Shown here one piece after another: positions 60,577 through 64,000 of a stretch of DNA of 64,000 bases. The position numbers were made by a program, and so were the translations under genes. The notes beneath the pieces were generated by a model, which was not told the origin of the DNA, did not search any database, and was given only the letters and a program-made list of their open reading frames with translations. Origin of the DNA: Blastocatellia bacterium (GTDB taxonomy: Bacteria > Acidobacteriota > Blastocatellia > HR10); assembly GCA_035573895.1 (NCBI GenBank), contig DATLZR010000105.1:4779-68778 (forward strand), given 5' to 3'. Each line of letters starts with the position of its first letter. Within the stretch, counting starts at the first letter, position 1.

Positions 60577-61536
60577 ATGGCGCTCATCAACGTACTCAAA
60601 GCGAGCAACGGCGAGCGAGTTTTCACCGTTGAGATCAGTCCGCCGGTAAACTATACGACGATGGTGAAAATGAGCGAGGTCGTTGAACAGCTCAAAGACC
60701 TGGACATTGACGGCATTGCCGTGACCAACAGTACCGGCGGTAGCTTTCGTCTCAATCCGCTGGCGGTGGTGGATACGATTCGCGCCTGGTTGCGAGACAT
60801 TCCCATCATCATTCATCTGACCTCACGAGATGAGGGATCGGTGCGAAGTCTCTACACGCACATTGGCGAGATGGGACAGAAACGCGTCTCAGATGTACTC
60901 GTCCTTCGGGGGGATCCGACGCCGGGGAACTCGACGGCCGTTGACTCGTACAAGTTTTCGACGGTGGAGCTGGTTGGTCTTATTGCCGACTACTGCCGTC
61001 AGAACGGGCAAGCGATAGATATATTCGTTGCCGGGCATCCCGAATATCCGGAGTCATCGCTAGCCAAGCACCTCGCCTATCAGAAACGTAAGATTGACCA
61101 GGGCGCGCAGGGGATCATCGCCAACATTGTCACCGATCCCGAACGGTATGTTCGGTACGTCGCCGCGTCTCACCGGGCCGGCGTAACGGTTCCCATCGTC
61201 CCGTCCCTCATCCCCTTGACGAGCCTGCGGCGGTGCCTCTTTCTCGAAAGTCGGCTCCACATCCCTGTGCCCGAGGCGATCAAGCGCAGACTGGACGGAG
61301 CGAGCCCCGATGATGCGCGAAAACGAGGCGTTGAGATGTCTATTGAAATTGCCCACCGCCTTGTAGCTCATGGTGCTCCCGGGATCAATTTCAACATCAT
61401 CTTCCCCCAGGATGTGACATCGGTTGCCGAAATTCTCCGCGCCGTGCGGGGTCATGCGACAATCTGGGAAAAATATCGGATCGAGGACCCCGAGGAGATT
61501 GACTATTACAACGGATTGCGAAGCTGGCGATCATAG
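60577..61536 (+). CDS. metF: Methylenetetrahydrofolate reductase (MetF/MTHFR) family protein
   Basis: MTHFR family TIM-barrel (…ISPPVNYTTMVKMSEVVEQL…DVLVLRGDPTPG…VAGHPEYPESS…). GAGGGA RBS 8 nt before the ATG at 60577. The six-frame ORF starts at a TTG at 60556. Confidence 0.7.
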   Translation: MALINVLKASNGERVFTVEISPPVNYTTMVKMSEVVEQLKDLDIDGIAVTNSTGGSFRLNPLAVVDTIRAWLRDIPIIIHLTSRDEGSVRSLYTHIGEMGQKRVSDVLVLRGDPTPGNSTAVDSYKFSTVELVGLIADYCRQNGQAIDIFVAGHPEYPESSLAKHLAYQKRKIDQGAQGIIANIVTDPERYVRYVAASHRAGVTVPIVPSLIPLTSLRRCLFLESRLHIPVPEAIKRRLDGASPDDARKRGVEMSIEIAHRLVAHGAPGINFNIIFPQDVTSVAEILRAVRGHATIWEKYRIEDPEEIDYYNGLRSWRS

Positions 61537-61750
61537 CAACGATCACGCACTCATTCCAAGGTGACCTCAGACGGCCAGATCCATGCGGAAAGACCACTGG
61601 CGCAAAGACCCATCAGTGCTTATCTTGAGCTGAGCCAGTCGGAGATGAATCTTTCACCGTCCTTGAGGCAAAAGATGTGCCCGGAGCGCCCCGGTTCGTA
61701 ATCCCCGGCCTGGGCCGAGCGCCTGTGCCAGGTATTGTCAGAGGAGAGCG

Positions 61751-63118
61751 ATGGCTTCATCAGGTCATGGGCCTCTGTTTTTGGGGGAACGAGTGCTGAC
61801 CATTGTCCTCGCACTCAATCCTGGAGCGCGGTTGTTTCCCCTGACAGCGGATCGAGCAAAGGCAGCTCTTCCGTTTGTCGGGAAATATCGGTTGATTGAT
61901 TTCCCGCTGAGCGCTTGTTTGAATGCGGGACTGCGACGGATTTACGTGCTGACGCAGTTCAACTCTGCCTCCCTCAATCGCCATATCATGGAGGGGTATC
62001 GCTTCAGCTCATTTGCCGAACCGGCAGAGTTCGTTGAGGTGCTGGCAGCCGAGCAAACCTTCGAGAGCACGGAGTGGCTTCAGAGCCCACCGGATGCGAT
62101 TCGTCGCGCCTGGCGATATTTCGATCAATGGAAGGCGACGGACTACCTCGTCATTGCCGGTGATGAGATCTGGGACCTGGATCTGGGGGACCTGGTGTGG
62201 AGACACTGGGAATCGGGAGCGGAGATCACATTGCCGGTGGTGCCTGTTGACGAAACGCGTGCCCCACACTGTGGACTGGTGCAAACAGATTCGAGCGGAC
62301 GGGTGATCCGCTTCGAGGAACAACCCAAGGGGCCCGTGCTCGAACTCATGCGTTGGTGCGGAGCGAGCCTGGAGTTTCGCCAGCACAATGGTCCCACGGG
62401 AACTAAAGAATCTCCGGCAACGGATGCTGGACGCTCGCCGTCGGCCCAATCCTATCTGGCGTCTCCAGGAGTGTACCTGTTCAAGCGGGAGGTCTTGCGC
62501 ACATTGTTGGAGGCCGCCCCGATGGCTTTTGATTTCGGCATGGAAATACTCCCCCAGGCCGTCACGTCGTATTATGTGATGGCCTATCTCCATCGGGGAG
62601 TGTGGGACGATCTTGCGACGATCGGGGCTTATTACCACGCGTCTATGCGACTTCTTGATCCGCTTCCCCGGATGAATCTCTACGACCCTCAGAGGCCAAT
62701 CTACGCGCGACCGACCCATCTGCCGCCCGCGAAAGTTCGGGAGTGCTGCATTCGTGATTCGCTGGTTGGCGACGGTTCGATCTTAGCCGAAGCCGAGGTG
62801 AGCCACTCGATCCTTGGCTTGAGAACGCGCGTGGGCGTCAACACCCGGCTGGAGGACGTGATCACCTTCGGCGCCAGCTATATCCAGTCCCCTGAGGAGA
62901 TCGCCGAGGATCGAACACGGGGAGTGCCGGCCATTGGCATCGGAGACAACACGATCATCCGTCGCGCTATTATTGATCGCGATGCGCGCATCGGGTCGCG
63001 GGTGAAAATCCTCAATGAAGCGGGAGTTCTCTATGCCAATGGCACAAACTACTATATTCGCGACGGTCTCATTGTCATTCCCCGTGACGCCGTGATCCCC
63101 GATGACACGGTGATCTGA
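61751..63118 (+). CDS. glgC: Glucose-1-phosphate adenylyltransferase (GlgC)-like nucleotidyltransferase with a degenerate glycine-rich loop
   Basis: Aligns with GlgC (KAALPFVGKYRLIDFPLSACLNAGLRRIYVLTQFNSASLNRHI vs E. coli [37 protein letters not shown]), and has the C-terminal left-handed beta-helix. The canonical LAGGRGTRL loop is LALNPGARL here, and the protein carries a ~35-aa insertion. Confidence 0.65.
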   Translation: MASSGHGPLFLGERVLTIVLALNPGARLFPLTADRAKAALPFVGKYRLIDFPLSACLNAGLRRIYVLTQFNSASLNRHIMEGYRFSSFAEPAEFVEVLAAEQTFESTEWLQSPPDAIRRAWRYFDQWKATDYLVIAGDEIWDLDLGDLVWRHWESGAEITLPVVPVDETRAPHCGLVQTDSSGRVIRFEEQPKGPVLELMRWCGASLEFRQHNGPTGTKESPATDAGRSPSAQSYLASPGVYLFKREVLRTLLEAAPMAFDFGMEILPQAVTSYYVMAYLHRGVWDDLATIGAYYHASMRLLDPLPRMNLYDPQRPIYARPTHLPPAKVRECCIRDSLVGDGSILAEAEVSHSILGLRTRVGVNTRLEDVITFGASYIQSPEEIAEDRTRGVPAIGIGDNTIIRRAIIDRDARIGSRVKILNEAGVLYANGTNYYIRDGLIVIPRDAVIPDDTVI

Positions 63119-63181
63119 TCCAGGCAGCGCACATGTGCTCTCCGCTACACAGGGCTTTTGCCCCCGTGTCGGCTCATAGGA

Positions 63182-63997
63182 TCACTCCCGAATCAGTGTG
63201 CGAGCACGTTCGGTCGCTCTGACCACCGCTTTGATGAGCGTGACGCGCAATCCTCCCTCTTCGAGTTCGAGGATGCCGTCAATCGTACACCCGGCGGGCG
63301 TCGTCACCGCATCCTTCAATTTGGCCGGATGCTCCTTTGTTTCCAGCACCATGAGTGCCGCGCCGAGCGTCGTTTGCGCCGCCAGTTCCGTCGCCACTTC
63401 GCGAGCGAGCCCGACTTTGACGCCGGCTTCAGCGAGAGATTCGATGATGATGTAGATGAACGCCGGCCCGCTCGCGCTTAATCCCGTGACGGCGTCCAGA
63501 TCCCGTTCGTCGAGAACGATCGTTCGTCCCACAGCCCCGAACAATGTTTCGGCCAGTCGAAGATGTTCCCGTGTGGCGTATTGGCCCGCGCAGAGCCCCG
63601 TCATGCCCGCGCCAATGATGCAGGGCGTATTGGGCATGGCGCGGATAACCGGCACAGGGCCGTTGAGCGTCTTTTCGATAAAAGATGTGCTCACCGAGGC
63701 AGCCACTGAGATCAGCAGATGATGGGACAGCAGACGCAGACGAATTTCCTCCAGTACCTCCGCTACCGTTTGAGGTTTCACGCTGAGGATGATCAGGTCG
63801 GACCGATCCACCGCCTGTCCGTTATCGAGAGTCGTACTGATCCCATACTGTTCGGCCAGATAGTCCAATCGGCTGGGCCGTCGTGCGGTCGCGATCAGAT
63901 TTTCTGGCGAGACAATTCCCGCCGTCAGCATCCCTCGAATGAGCGCCTCGCCGATTTTTCCCGCGCCGATGATGGCAATTTTTCTCTGTCGTAGCAT
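63182..63997 (-). CDS. proC: Pyrroline-5-carboxylate reductase ProC
   Basis: KIAIIGAGKIGEALIRGM NADP-binding N-terminus. C-terminal P5CR dimerisation domain. 271 aa. Confidence 0.85.
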   Translation of the reverse strand: MLRQRKIAIIGAGKIGEALIRGMLTAGIVSPENLIATARRPSRLDYLAEQYGISTTLDNGQAVDRSDLIILSVKPQTVAEVLEEIRLRLLSHHLLISVAASVSTSFIEKTLNGPVPVIRAMPNTPCIIGAGMTGLCAGQYATREHLRLAETLFGAVGRTIVLDERDLDAVTGLSASGPAFIYIIIESLAEAGVKVGLAREVATELAAQTTLGAALMVLETKEHPAKLKDAVTTPAGCTIDGILELEEGGLRVTLIKAVVRATERARTLIRE

Positions 63998-64000
63998 TTT

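Noticed and set aside
1-64000. Searched for CRISPR arrays, transposases/integrases, rRNA/tRNA genes, toxin-antitoxin pairs
   Set aside because: No direct-repeat/spacer arrays, no IS terminal inverted repeats or recombinase motifs, and no rRNA/tRNA cloverleaf candidates were found by manual inspection.

Overview
This is a high-GC (~60%+) bacterial chromosomal window with no recognisable mobile element, CRISPR array, rRNA or tRNA. Gene content and style loosely suggest an Acidobacteria-, Chloroflexi- or Gemmatimonadetes-like organism. That is inferred from Uma2 endonucleases, a very large Wzx/Wzy-type EPS locus, many RBS-coupled overlapping genes and TTG/GTG starts, and it is uncertain.

Housekeeping genes I can recognise from motifs:
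- queC (7-cyano-7-deazaguanine synthase, PP-loop SGGxDS plus C-terminal Cys cluster)
- a Zn-dependent alcohol dehydrogenase
- ispH
- an acyl-CoA dehydrogenase
- tilS
- ftsH
- a split methylmalonyl-CoA mutase (catalytic subunit plus B12-binding subunit)
- a fused glutamate formimidoyltransferase-cyclodeaminase (ftcD-like)
- an M28 peptidase
- glmS
- an MTHFR-like gene
- a GlgC-like gene
- proC

The centre of the window (about 24.1-49.2 kb) is one long same-strand polysaccharide (EPS/capsule) locus:
- Wza-like exporter, Wzc-like BY-kinase and a CpsB-type PHP tyrosine phosphatase
- a TPR protein, two Wzy/O-antigen-ligase-like membrane proteins and a Wzx flippase
- one GT2 and five GT4 glycosyltransferases
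- three SDR epimerase/dehydratases
- a NodU/CmcH-family carbamoyltransferase and a DUF362 protein
- a secreted beta-helix protein
- an embedded NusG-paralog (RfaH/UpxY-like) specialised antiterminator

Most unusual observations:
- An AhpD/CMD-family gene at 424..1026 (-) has an in-frame TGA exactly at the second Cys of the catalytic CxxCxxxH motif. This gives CxxUxxxH, a strong selenocysteine candidate.
- 3.5 kb away, a DUF1326-like ORF read in a single frame is interrupted by an in-frame TGA and a TAA. It is either a pseudogene or recoded.
- There is a second, divergent QueC-like paralog.
- An AT-rich island plus a long structured leader with mutually exclusive hairpins lies upstream of the UXS-like gene.
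- A Uma2 endonuclease carries 21-bp tandem repeats encoding (AERAQRE)n.
- A 1336-aa secreted metzincin carries about 8-9 tandem PPC domains.

Many long antisense shadow ORFs in the six-frame track are GC artefacts and were rejected.
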